Assembly (NCBI GenBank): GCA_044070495.1 | Contig: JBIPSI010000002.1 | Span: forward strand, 128,001 to 192,000 | Source of the DNA: Spirulina sp. | GTDB lineage: Bacteria; Cyanobacteriota; Cyanobacteriia; Phormidesmidales; Phormidesmidaceae | Reading direction: 5' to 3' | Length of the DNA: 64,000 bases | Shown here: in pieces, positions 34,939 through 43,585 of the stretch | Numbering within the stretch: the first letter of the stretch is position 1 | Layout of the letters: each line of letters opens with the position of its first letter | Position numbers and translations under genes: made by a program | The notes under the pieces: model-generated | Databases searched by the model: none | Seen by the model: the letters and a program-made list of their open reading frames with translations, nothing else | What the model was told of the DNA's origin: nothing

Positions 34939-35331
34939 TTAGTAATTAGGGTTGCCAAAGTGTCGCTCGGCCCATTCAACCATGCGTTCGCTTTGCTGAA
35001 TCAGGTCTTGTGCATTGTCCGAGGTGAGTTTAGCCTCCTGATCGATGCCGTAATCGGCTTGGGTGCGCTTATCTTGGGCATCAATTAAAGAGCGATGAAA
35101 TTCTGTAGGAACTAATCCTGGTTTTGCCAGTTCTCTACCGAAGGCGGCAATGACAGCACCGTGACTAGAGAATGATAGCCCCTGCTGCCAAAGTAGGGCT
35201 TCAGCAATGTAAAACATGGTGTAGTAGGCTCTGGAGCCAGCGAAGTCATACATTTGGTTAGCCGCTAGCAATTTAGACGCTTGCAGGCTTTCCTTAGCTT
35301 TATCCAGAAAGGCTTGCAGGTCTTCCGTCAT
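34939..35331 (-). CDS. HEPN domain protein (putative toxin)
   Basis: SRAYYTMFY…SSHGAVIAAFG…RTQADY. Overlaps the upstream MNT gene by 4 bp. Confidence 0.88.
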   Translation of the reverse strand: MTEDLQAFLDKAKESLQASKLLAANQMYDFAGSRAYYTMFYIAEALLWQQGLSFSSHGAVIAAFGRELAKPGLVPTEFHRSLIDAQDKRTQADYGIDQEAKLTSDNAQDLIQQSERMVEWAERHFGNPNY

Positions 35332-35651
35332 ATCACGATTCCCTCTTTTCTGATGTTTGACAGAAAGGGGTTTTGGCTAGAGATAAACTTTTCAGTCGAG
35401 ATAAAATGCCGTGAGATAACCACGTCATACTCAAGGCAAAGTTGGGCGATGAAGTCTCCAGTTTTGTCAATTTCTAGGTAGGGACTTGTGAGTTGATCAA
35501 GCACTACTAAAATATCAATATCAGAATCATTATGACTATCTTCCCTTGCCTGAGAACCATATAAAATAATGCTCTGAAGACGATCTGAATAGAGGGTTTT
35601 CAAATAGTCTTTAACGGCATTTAAGATGGCATCAAGGTTTTGGTGTTTCAT
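35328..35651 (-). CDS. Minimal nucleotidyltransferase (MNT antitoxin)
   Basis: LYGSQARED…SDIDILVV. Confidence 0.9.
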   Translation of the reverse strand: MKHQNLDAILNAVKDYLKTLYSDRLQSIILYGSQAREDSHNDSDIDILVVLDQLTSPYLEIDKTGDFIAQLCLEYDVVISRHFISTEKFISSQNPFLSNIRKEGIVI

Positions 35652-35802
35652 GGTGCTATTGAGTAGTAGCTATGTGACCCAAAATAGATAAGGCAATAGT
35701 GACAGGACTAATTAAGAGGATTCCTGGGCAATGGTAATCTGATCGTAGTATAGGTCTAGGGTGGTGGGGCAATTCGCTATAGCGATAGATAAGCTGAAAG
35801 CA

Positions 35803-36027
35803 TTAGAGATCCCCTAGCCTTTTGATTAAATCCTGATGTACAGCCTGCCAAATTCCTTGGGCCAGATGGGCAGTAAATCGAGCCTCATCCTCTGTGGGAT
35901 CGTCGCCATGGACGGGGTAACGGGCTTCAATGGCCCAGTTGGTGAGTTCTCGCAACTGCGGGAAGGCCATAGCATACTGCCACCAGCGTTTGATCAGCGC
36001 TTTTTGCTCAGGAGGTAGCTCGTTCAT
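35803..36027 (-). pseudogene. HEPN toxin with internal deletion
   Basis: Keeps the HEPN start (KRWWQYA) and end (LTNWAIEARYP) but is only 74 aa; the central helices are missing. Confidence 0.7.
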
Positions 36028-36352
36028 AGAGTGCGGTGCCTTCGCGCAGGGCGGGACGTAAAATGGTGCCGACGAGATGGCCGTAGGTGGCGATTTCCTC
36101 TGGGGTGGTGACGATAATATCTTTGCTGATGGGTACATCGGCGAGGGCTTGGCCGATGGCAATGGCCTGCTGGCGTTTGTGGGTTCCCGATGGCATCACA
36201 ATCAACAAATCGAGGTCGCTGTCGGCGGTGGCGTCGCCCCTGGCGTAGGAACCAAATAAAATGATTTTGAGGGGCTGAAATTGCTGAACGATGCGCTCTG
36301 TAATCAGGCGCAGGTAGGGCGCAGGGGTTGGCGGGATGGCAGCATGACTCAT
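36008..36352 (-). CDS. Minimal nucleotidyltransferase (MNT antitoxin)
   Basis: LFGSYARGDATADSDLDLLIV. Confidence 0.9.
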   Translation of the reverse strand: MSHAAIPPTPAPYLRLITERIVQQFQPLKIILFGSYARGDATADSDLDLLIVMPSGTHKRQQAIAIGQALADVPISKDIIVTTPEEIATYGHLVGTILRPALREGTALYERATS

Positions 36353-36560
36353 GGGTCTTGGGGATTGTCAGTAGTGATCTGATCGTAGTACAGGTCTAGG
36401 GCGGTGTGGGCGATGTGAGCTAGGGTGGTGCGGTCGGTGGGGCTGAGTTGTCGCCAAAGGACGGGGTTGAATTTAAGCTGGGTGAGTTCTTGTTGCCGCT
36501 GTACAAATTTGCGCCGCTCGAATTTCCCGAAGGGCATGATTAACATAATATGCTTAACGT
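36349..36560 (-). pseudogene. 3' remnant of a larger gene formerly upstream of the cysteine desulfurase
   Basis: MPFGKFERRKFVQRQQELTQLKFNPVLWRQLS…LDLYYDQ has host-like GC and switches abruptly to AT-rich DNA upstream. Its tail is the repeated unit. Confidence 0.6.
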
Positions 36561-36713
36561 TGTCATCGGTAGACTTAGTGATGTCTATTGTATAAGAAAT
36601 TGATAACATAAGCCTCATCTATAACTTGACTAGTTCACTGCTCCGAGGGCACCTCGAATCTGTAAGACTGAATCTATATCTAGCGAAACAGTCACGAATC
36701 ATTGTCTAAAGTC

Positions 36714-37736
36714 ATGAGAATTGAAGAAGGAAAAGAAAAAAAGAAGAAAATAAAATATAGTTACGCTTGGGATAATCTTAAAAAACTAGTTTTTGTTGGC
36801 GATCTTGAAAATTCAACTGAAACCAGAAAAAGAGAATTTACATGCATTTCTTGCGGCAATCTTCTCATTCCAAAGCTAGGTAAAATTAAGCAAAAGCATT
36901 TTGCTCACAAGAATATTTGTGACTGTAGCTTTGAGACATACCTACACCTACTAGCCAAAGAAATATTCTTGATAGAGTACAATAAATGTCTAGATAACAA
37001 CATTCCTTTCTATGTAGAAGTTTTAGTAGAAACTTATTGTGATGCCAATAAGGAAGATTTTAATCTGACATGTGAACTAGGTTCTAAATCTCAGAAATAC
37101 GACATTACGAAAAAATACAAGAAGATTCAGAAAGAAGTTGAGGTCGATGGTTTTATTCCCGACCTTTTGCTTTCAACGCCTGACAACAAAGAAAAACTCT
37201 TTATTGAGATATTTGTGACTCATAAATCCACAGAAAATAAAATTAAATCGGGATTCAATATTATTGAAATTCAGATAAAAAGTGAAGACGATATTGATCT
37301 TCTCAGAAGTAGGGTTTTATCGGAGCAAGAGAATATAAATTTTTACGGTTTCAATATTAAGCCCGTAAGAACAGTTTGTGCTGGCGATCTTGGATGCCCT
37401 CACAAAAAAAGAATATTTAATGTCTTTGAGAATGGTAAAAGCATCTGTATAACTCATGGACTTCCAGGAGTCTCAACGTTCTTAAAAAGAATCACTCAAA
37501 CAAACATCATATATTATGAAATTATTGACTTTGATTACTATTGGGATGGAGAAGACTATGTCAAAAAAGTTATTGAAGTTTATGGCAAAGGAATTCCAAT
37601 AAGAAACTGCTATTTATGTCGATATCAAGGAGATAATCATCGGTGGGATAATGAAGGAAAGCCAATTTTCTGTCGTTTCCTGAAAATTAGATGCAATTCT
37701 AATCAGGCTTCAGAATGCCAGTATTTTCGAGTCTAG
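36714..37736 (+). CDS. CoiA-like protein: N-terminal zinc ribbon, PD-(D/E)xK-type nuclease, C-terminal Cys cluster
   Basis: CISC…KHFAH…ETYLHLLAK, FIPDLLL…IEIFVTH, and CYLC…C…C…C. Strongly AT-rich. Confidence 0.7.
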   Translation: MRIEEGKEKKKKIKYSYAWDNLKKLVFVGDLENSTETRKREFTCISCGNLLIPKLGKIKQKHFAHKNICDCSFETYLHLLAKEIFLIEYNKCLDNNIPFYVEVLVETYCDANKEDFNLTCELGSKSQKYDITKKYKKIQKEVEVDGFIPDLLLSTPDNKEKLFIEIFVTHKSTENKIKSGFNIIEIQIKSEDDIDLLRSRVLSEQENINFYGFNIKPVRTVCAGDLGCPHKKRIFNVFENGKSICITHGLPGVSTFLKRITQTNIIYYEIIDFDYYWDGEDYVKKVIEVYGKGIPIRNCYLCRYQGDNHRWDNEGKPIFCRFLKIRCNSNQASECQYFRV

Positions 37737-37749
37737 CTCAATTACTTGT

Positions 37750-38463
37750 TCAAATCTTGTAGAAGATTTTTTTATCGATGTTTGAAACGTTAGGGTTTCG
37801 ATTTTGCATATAACTAACCCATTCCCATTCTGCCCACCTGCGGATAACCTTGTGGTTTTCCCTTAAATAGTCAATCCAGTTAGGATGAAGCATAATTAGA
37901 TCGCAATCTCTGTAATGAATCGAGTTGAATTTATACAGTGGCTTATGGCTTTCAAAATATTGAGATGCTATCTCCGGCATAGCCATCTCCAGTTCAGTTC
38001 CGCGTCCTCGATCAACATCTCCTAGACAATCTTCCAAGAAAGGAATAATTAAACGAAAAGGGACATTTCTACGCAGACGATCAACAGCATAAGATAGATC
38101 CTTTTTAGCGATCATTTTTCTGATCGTTGATTTATTGGCTAATCGACCATCTGTTAGAGATTTATCAAAAATCAAGTTTAGAGAGTTTATAATTGTATTA
38201 ATTTTATCCTGACTACCTAGCGAAAGGTTGGAAATCATGCAGGGAATCCAGGCATTAACCAACATTTCTAGAATCAAGTTCTGAAACTCGATCACCTGAG
38301 TGTTAAAGTTGTTTCGCTCCAGAATATCTAGAATTGAAAGAAAGAATAAGAACTTATAAGAGGTTGTATTTCGCTCGAAAATTCGAGAAAGAGCAAGTAC
38401 ATCAACTGTCGAGGAATTAGGTAGTCCTCCTGACTGACTGAGATCAGTTCTGGATTTAGACAT
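37750..38463 (-). CDS. N-terminal domain of the HNH-endonuclease family (possible sulfur-binding domain); HNH domain absent
   Basis: TTSYKFLFFLSIL, NVPFRLI and W..YMQNRNPNV. The ORF stops where the HNH module normally starts. Confidence 0.65.
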   Translation of the reverse strand: MSKSRTDLSQSGGLPNSSTVDVLALSRIFERNTTSYKFLFFLSILDILERNNFNTQVIEFQNLILEMLVNAWIPCMISNLSLGSQDKINTIINSLNLIFDKSLTDGRLANKSTIRKMIAKKDLSYAVDRLRRNVPFRLIIPFLEDCLGDVDRGRGTELEMAMPEIASQYFESHKPLYKFNSIHYRDCDLIMLHPNWIDYLRENHKVIRRWAEWEWVSYMQNRNPNVSNIDKKIFYKI

Positions 38464-38498
38464 AAATCACCTGGGCATATTTTCCTAGGTTATTCTCC

Positions 38499-38729
38499 CT
38501 ACGAGCGAAAGTCATCAGGGAGTTCATTCAGTGTTACACCCAGAGCCTCGCAGAGGGCTTTCATTTGGGGAACTGTCAGGCTGGCCACACTCGTCCCCCG
38601 CTCCCAGTTGCTCACGGTTTTGCTGCTCACACCCACAATCCGAGCCAGTGCCTCTTGAGAAAGACCTGCTTGCTCTCTCAGAGACTTGAGGGGCTTGGGG
38701 GTGGCTGAATCGGACGACTGAGCGGACAT
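38499..38729 (-). CDS. XRE-family HTH transcriptional regulator
   Basis: LREQAGLSQEALARIVGVSSKTVSNWERG. Confidence 0.93.
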   Translation of the reverse strand: MSAQSSDSATPKPLKSLREQAGLSQEALARIVGVSSKTVSNWERGTSVASLTVPQMKALCEALGVTLNELPDDFRS

Positions 38730-38730
38730 A

Positions 38731-38791
38731 TAGAAACTGATTTCTAGAAGCAGGTTGACAAAATCGGTGTTTTTCTAGAAACTGATTTCTA
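38731..38791. promoter_or_regulatory. Two identical palindromic operators flanking a TTGACA box
   Basis: TAGAAA-CTGA-TTTCTA at 38731-38746 and 38776-38791. TTGACA at 38755-38760. Lies between divergent genes. Confidence 0.8.
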
Positions 38792-38879
38792 GTTTGGTTC
38801 TAGAACAGGCTGAAAACACCGGGAAGGCGCTGATAGGCAGTGTCTCACCCTCCTTTGTCCTGGTTCAAGTTATTACAGC

Positions 38880-39389
38880 ATGAATAGCAGTCCTTTCCAC
38901 GTCTGGGCGATTGTGCGATGGTTGCCCGATATGCAGCGAGCCGTGGTTAATCGGTTTCGTCGTCGTTCTGATGCTGAAGAATGCTTGCGAGCGCTGCGAC
39001 GGTCTAGCCCCACTCGCGACTATACGTTACTCTACTATCCCCCCAGCGAGGAGTGTCAGCCCATGGTACGCAAGGATTACAACAAGCTGGTGCGAGATCG
39101 GATTCCTGAAGTTCTGACCAATCAACACGTTCGTTTCAGCGTCGAAACGATGAGCCACAGTGAATATCGTCGAGCGCTGCGGTTGAAACTGGTGGAGGAA
39201 GCTAAGGAAGCGGCTACGGCTCCTGATGAAGACTTGATCACGGAGTTAGCTGATCTCTGGGAAGTGATCGATAACACGATCAGCGCCTATGGCCTTTCCC
39301 GCAACCAGGTTTTAGCTTGCCAACTTCAGCGGCGGATGGAACGGGGAGCGTTTGACAGCAGGCTACGGCTACTTTGGACAGAATCTTGA
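38880..39389 (+). CDS. Small N-terminal domain fused to a MazG-like / all-alpha NTP pyrophosphohydrolase
   Basis: C-terminal YNKLVRDRIPE…KLVEEAKE…ELADLWEV…RGAF. N-terminal WAIVRWLPDMQRAVVNRFRRRSDAE. Confidence 0.8.
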   Translation: MNSSPFHVWAIVRWLPDMQRAVVNRFRRRSDAEECLRALRRSSPTRDYTLLYYPPSEECQPMVRKDYNKLVRDRIPEVLTNQHVRFSVETMSHSEYRRALRLKLVEEAKEAATAPDEDLITELADLWEVIDNTISAYGLSRNQVLACQLQRRMERGAFDSRLRLLWTES

Positions 39390-39504
39390 TCTCTGACGCA
39401 ACTGAACAATAAGCCACATCTGGGCTTGCGATAGATCCTAGCGGCGCAATTTGTGTCTTAATAGGGGAGCGGTTTTACAACAACTCCCCATTTTGCGTTG
39501 CGCT

Positions 39505-39876
39505 ATGGATATGGAGATTTTCCTAAGTCAGACAGCTACAAAGCGCCTAAACAGGCTAAAACGCATTTTAGGGGTTGATGAGTCGGCAATTATTGAGAGA
39601 GCAATCTATGAACTTCATGATCGATTAATTGCAGAAGAGTTAACTACGCAAGATAAATCCCCTCAGTCCTTGGTAGAGGTTCTTGATAGAGCTGATTTGC
39701 TCAAAGGATTATATCTCTGTACTAGAAATGCTATTGGAGCAGGTAATTCAGACAACAAACCGCTGATTTTAGAGGCCAACACTGAAGAAGAAGCATGGCA
39801 GAAAATGGCGATTATTTTCCCGTCTGAAACGGCACAAGGCTTTACTATTCAAGGAATTAGTCCCCTGCATTTGTAA
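39505..39876 (+). CDS. Hypothetical protein with a ribbon-helix-helix-like N-terminus
   Basis: MEIFLSQTATKRLNRLKRILGVDESAIIERAI. Confidence 0.55.
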   Translation: MDMEIFLSQTATKRLNRLKRILGVDESAIIERAIYELHDRLIAEELTTQDKSPQSLVEVLDRADLLKGLYLCTRNAIGAGNSDNKPLILEANTEEEAWQKMAIIFPSETAQGFTIQGISPLHL

Positions 39877-39917
39877 GACAAATTTTGCGCTGGATCAGCA
39901 GACCTGCCCCAACCAAG

Positions 39918-40577
39918 TTAGGCTTCCGGTTCCACCCCCATCGCCCTCAACTGTTCAGCCAGCCGTGCCGCCCGTGCCTCAGATTGTTCCGCCGCTTCCT
40001 CTGGAGTGGGCAGCCGCTCCCCCGCCTCTGTAAAATACCGCAGCTTGCCCTCCTGCACCCCCAAATACAGCCCTAGCACCTGGCTCCAAAGCCATCCCGT
40101 TGGGTTGGGCGCAATCGGCTGATAGCGTTGATCCACCAGGTGATAGCCCTCAAACTCCAGCGTTTCTGGCGAGAACCAAAAATACTCCGGGGTGCGAAAA
40201 CGGTCTTGGTACAGCGTTTTCTTAAGGTTCTTATCGGTTTTTGCCGTCGAGTCAGACAGTAGTTCGATGATCAAATCTGGGTACTGTCCCCCTTCTTCCC
40301 ACACCACCCACGACTTGCGAGGTCGCCTGTCGGTATGGCTAACCAAGAAAAAATCTGGGCCTCTAAAATCTCGGTTCTTAAGCTGTTCTCGGCTGAAATA
40401 GATCGTTAGGTTTGCACCAATAAAAAAGTCATTGCGGTCACGCCATAGCCACTCTAAACAAGCCACCAACAGGGCAAGCTGAGCATAGTGCAGCGAACTT
40501 TCCATTTCGGGTTCATTACTTTCTAGCTGGGTTGCATCTGGCATTAGATCTGCCAGTTGTTGAGCGGTTAATGCCAT
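39918..40577 (-). CDS. Uma2 family endonuclease
   Basis: EPEMESSLH, GPDFFLV, YPDLIIELLS and PEYFWFSP. Confidence 0.92.
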   Translation of the reverse strand: MALTAQQLADLMPDATQLESNEPEMESSLHYAQLALLVACLEWLWRDRNDFFIGANLTIYFSREQLKNRDFRGPDFFLVSHTDRRPRKSWVVWEEGGQYPDLIIELLSDSTAKTDKNLKKTLYQDRFRTPEYFWFSPETLEFEGYHLVDQRYQPIAPNPTGWLWSQVLGLYLGVQEGKLRYFTEAGERLPTPEEAAEQSEARAARLAEQLRAMGVEPEA

Positions 40578-40668
40578 AGTCTGACTAGCCTTTTACTGAG
40601 ATGGTTGTAAGTTAAGAAAACTTTGAGAATTGTGCATTTTGGGAATCTAGTCTTGGAATAAAACTATC

Positions 40669-41124
40669 CTATGGGTTGTCAGAGGCTGGGAAAAAGTCAG
40701 AATTGAGCAGATCCTTCAAATTATAGGGACATTCTGAGGGAAACCTATCTAGAGTCATCTGGGTTTCTTTTGCAGCATCTCGACGGGCGCGACGATAATA
40801 TTTTTCGACCCACTCTGAATTATTAAGAAATCGTTGTAGGCTAGAACTATCTTCTAAACAGTCCTGAATGGCATCACGGATATTAGAAATCGTCATTTTC
40901 CAACTCGTTGTTCTACATTCTGGCTGATATTGCCATTTGAGCAGGTGCATGATTAACATCTTTAGATAGCTGCCTAGCTCCTTCTGTTCGCTACGTCCCA
41001 AGTCCCCTAGTTCCTCAACTAGATTATCAATATCAATATTTTCCCACTGTCCTTGTTGTAGACAGACAATTTGATGCTCTGTCCACTCCAAAAAATCTTG
41101 ACTGTAGATGGTTTGCCTTACCAT
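40669..41124 (-). CDS. DUF29 family protein
   Basis: YSQDFLEW…NLVEELGDLGRSE…HLLKWQYQP…FPSECPY. Confidence 0.92.
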   Translation of the reverse strand: MVRQTIYSQDFLEWTEHQIVCLQQGQWENIDIDNLVEELGDLGRSEQKELGSYLKMLIMHLLKWQYQPECRTTSWKMTISNIRDAIQDCLEDSSSLQRFLNNSEWVEKYYRRARRDAAKETQMTLDRFPSECPYNLKDLLNSDFFPASDNP

Positions 41125-41141
41125 AAGACGGCTATCCTAAC

Positions 41142-41738
41142 TCACCAAATCAGCGACAAATCCAACACAAATCCTGGCAAAACCTCACCACCCGATAGCG
41201 TGGTTGGTGCCGTCAAAATTTCCACAGCTTGGCCAGGGCGATAGATCTCAATCTGTTGCAGCTTGCGGTTAATGAGCCAGCCAAGCTGAGTTCCATTTTC
41301 CAGGTATTCCAGCATTTTTTTGCGAGTACGATCCAGGGAATCGCTAGGCGACATCAACTCAACCACAAAATCTGGACACAGGGGCACAAACTGGTCTTGC
41401 TGCTCTGGGGTGAGGGCTTGCCAACGATCCTTCCGAACCCAGGCGGCATCGGGGGATCGGTCGGCCCCATTAGGCAGCGTAAACCCAGTGGATGAATCAA
41501 ACACCTCCCCCAGTTGGGTGCGGGTATTCCAGAGATCGAGCTGGGTGGTGAGCTTAACATTACGCTTGCCCGTATTGCCCCCGGTTGGCGACATAATGAT
41601 GAGCTCCCCAGTGGCAGTGCGTTCAAATTTTAGGTCGCGATGGTTTTGACAAAGCTGAAAAAACTGGTCGTCGGTTAGATCTAAATCTAGGATTAAGGGC
41701 GTGGGCAAGGGCGAAGATAGGTTCGTAGGAGAGGCCAT
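41142..41738 (-). CDS. Uma2 family endonuclease
   Basis: FERTATGELIIMSP, RSPDAAW and CPDFVVELMSPSD. Confidence 0.93.
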   Translation of the reverse strand: MASPTNLSSPLPTPLILDLDLTDDQFFQLCQNHRDLKFERTATGELIIMSPTGGNTGKRNVKLTTQLDLWNTRTQLGEVFDSSTGFTLPNGADRSPDAAWVRKDRWQALTPEQQDQFVPLCPDFVVELMSPSDSLDRTRKKMLEYLENGTQLGWLINRKLQQIEIYRPGQAVEILTAPTTLSGGEVLPGFVLDLSLIW

Positions 41739-42397
41739 TAGTTGATCTCCTCAAGATATTGCTCAAACTCGCGCAGGGCCACGCTAGACCCCGCCACCCA
41801 GGCGCGTTCCACATACTGGGGCAACAGCGTTGCAACCTCCACCGTGGGAAAGGTGGAGCTGGTGGATAAACGGTCGTAACCAGTGGCGGTTAACCCATAG
41901 ATAAGAAGTTGGCCCTGGCGATAGATCCAAACCTCTGGCACCCGCAAAAGTTCGTAAACCGATAGATCGGTGTAGGATGTCCAGTCCATTTCAATCACCA
42001 GATCAGGGGGCGGATCTTGGCTGAGATCAATACGATCCTTTCCTAAAACAGCCTGCCAATTCTGAATATAAAAACAGGCATCCGGTTCAGCCCCAGCTTC
42101 GTCCATTTGCTTGAGGGTGATGGGGTGAGAACTATCCCAATTCCGACCCTGGTGCCGCAGAAGCGCCTTGACCAAATCCACCAGGGTATCAATGCGTCTA
42201 CCGTGGGCGGGAAGGGGAGCCATGATCCGTAGTTCTTGGGTGTGGGCGTTGAAGCGAATTTTGATGGCGGCATTTTCGCGGCGGCTGGTCAGCAGGGCTT
42301 CGTAGTCGGCCCAGGTTTGGTCGCTGAGGGTCACGCTGCTCCCGGCAGGCAGTTGAATGTGGTCGCGGCTAACGGACAAAACCATGGGAGAGGCCAT
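41738..42397 (-). CDS. Uma2 family endonuclease
   Basis: IMAPLPAH, AEPDACFY, PPPDLVIE and VPEVWIY. Confidence 0.92.
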   Translation of the reverse strand: MASPMVLSVSRDHIQLPAGSSVTLSDQTWADYEALLTSRRENAAIKIRFNAHTQELRIMAPLPAHGRRIDTLVDLVKALLRHQGRNWDSSHPITLKQMDEAGAEPDACFYIQNWQAVLGKDRIDLSQDPPPDLVIEMDWTSYTDLSVYELLRVPEVWIYRQGQLLIYGLTATGYDRLSTSSTFPTVEVATLLPQYVERAWVAGSSVALREFEQYLEEIN

Positions 42398-42445
42398 TGC
42401 TATTACTCCATGGAGACTTGGGGAAGATTTATCTATGATGCCCCA

Positions 42446-43255
42446 TCACACTTCATCGGGGTTGATGCCCAATGCTCGCAGGCGTTCGGCTAGGCGATTA
42501 GCCCGCTGTTCGGCCTGGGTGGCCTGTTCTGCAGCTTGTTCTGCCCGTTCTTCAGCCTGCTCCGCCCGTTCTGCGGCAGAAAGAATGAGTTGTCCATCGG
42601 CATCAAACCACCGCAGCCAGAGGCGTTCGATACCTTCATAGGTGCCCTGCCAAACCCCCAGGCTAAGCTGCCATTCTGGAATGGAAATGCGTTGATCGGT
42701 GATCTCCATCGGTTGATAATGGCCACCTACCAGACGAAAGGCCCGGAGCTGGTTGGTGTAGCGGTCAAAGATTACGTAGTAGGGAATCCGCAGAATTTGT
42801 TCGTAGACTTCCCACTTGGTCGGTGGCTGGCCCGCAATCCTGGACGTTTGGCCCAGGTCTTCTTTTTCGGTGCCAGGAGACAGTAGCTCCACCACCACGA
42901 AGGGATTTACCCGCTCTTGCCAGACCACATAGCTCAGCCGCATATCGCGGTTTTCGTAGAGCCGGGGCACCCCCACCACCGCAAACCAATCGGGCCGCTT
43001 GTGCCACAGGGGATGATCGACATCGTAGTAGAGGTTCATATCCCCAACGCTGAAGACCTCATTTTCGGCCACGGTGGCGAGGTGCAGCGTGGCACTGAGC
43101 AAATGGGGCTGGAGGTAATGATACTCGTCGGGCAATCCTGGCTCCTCTGGGTCTTCGCTCGGCAGGTCATACATGGTGGGCAAGGTTTCCCTGGCCGACC
43201 GGGGCGGGTCTGTCTGTTCTACAGGGCGCTTGAGTTCTGGCATGGTGGTTAACAT
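42446..43255 (-). CDS. Uma2 family endonuclease with coiled-coil tail
   Basis: LPTMYDLPSEDPEEPGLPDEYH, RPDWFAV, VVELLSPGT and LRALGINPD. Confidence 0.92.
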   Translation of the reverse strand: MLTTMPELKRPVEQTDPPRSARETLPTMYDLPSEDPEEPGLPDEYHYLQPHLLSATLHLATVAENEVFSVGDMNLYYDVDHPLWHKRPDWFAVVGVPRLYENRDMRLSYVVWQERVNPFVVVELLSPGTEKEDLGQTSRIAGQPPTKWEVYEQILRIPYYVIFDRYTNQLRAFRLVGGHYQPMEITDQRISIPEWQLSLGVWQGTYEGIERLWLRWFDADGQLILSAAERAEQAEERAEQAAEQATQAEQRANRLAERLRALGINPDEV

Positions 43256-43355
43256 CCTCCACAAAAACTGTCCCGGTATCCTGACCTTGGCCCTCACCCC
43301 TGCCCCTCTTCCCACGGGCGAGGGGTTCTGAATCTAGCTCCCCTTCTCCCTCCTG

Positions 43356-43521
43356 GCTACTGTGTACACATAAGTCCTTAACGTAGACGATACAGGGAAT
43401 CGATCCCCCCTAGCCCCCCTTAAAAAGGGGAGATCGGAGTCAAAGTCCCCCTTTTTAAGGGGGATTTAGGGGGATCTCCAAGGACTTGCGGCATGAGATC
43501 AAGATGTGTGTACTTAGTAGC
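43356..43521. mobile_element. 166-bp MITE inserted into a CCCTCTCCC-type palindromic repeat (about 43289-43553)
   Basis: TIRs GCTACTGTGTACACA and TGTGTACTTAGTAGC, with a 9-bp target duplication TCCCTCCTG (43347-43355 and 43522-43530). Carries internal CCCCCTT…AAGGGGG hairpins. Confidence 0.88.
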
Positions 43522-43585
43522 TCCCTCCTGGGAGAGGGGTTGGGGGTAAGGGCCAAACTTGCTTGCTAGATCATCTGCCATCGCC

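Larger units (their letters stand above)
34008..36440 (-). repeat. Four dispersed, degenerate copies of one gene's 3' tail (about 34008-34050, 34910-34940, 35735-35779, 36374-36440)
   Basis: Plus-strand core GTAGTACAGG(TCTAG)GGCGGTG(T/A)GGG recurs with variation. Minus-strand translations: HTAL--YYD, IALTALDLYY, TTLDLYYDQIT and IAHTALDLYYDQIT. Confidence 0.85.

Noticed and set aside
34008..36440. CRISPR array or integron attC sites
   Set aside because: The repeats are degenerate, non-palindromic, 600-900 bp apart and translate as a protein tail. No cas or intI gene is present.
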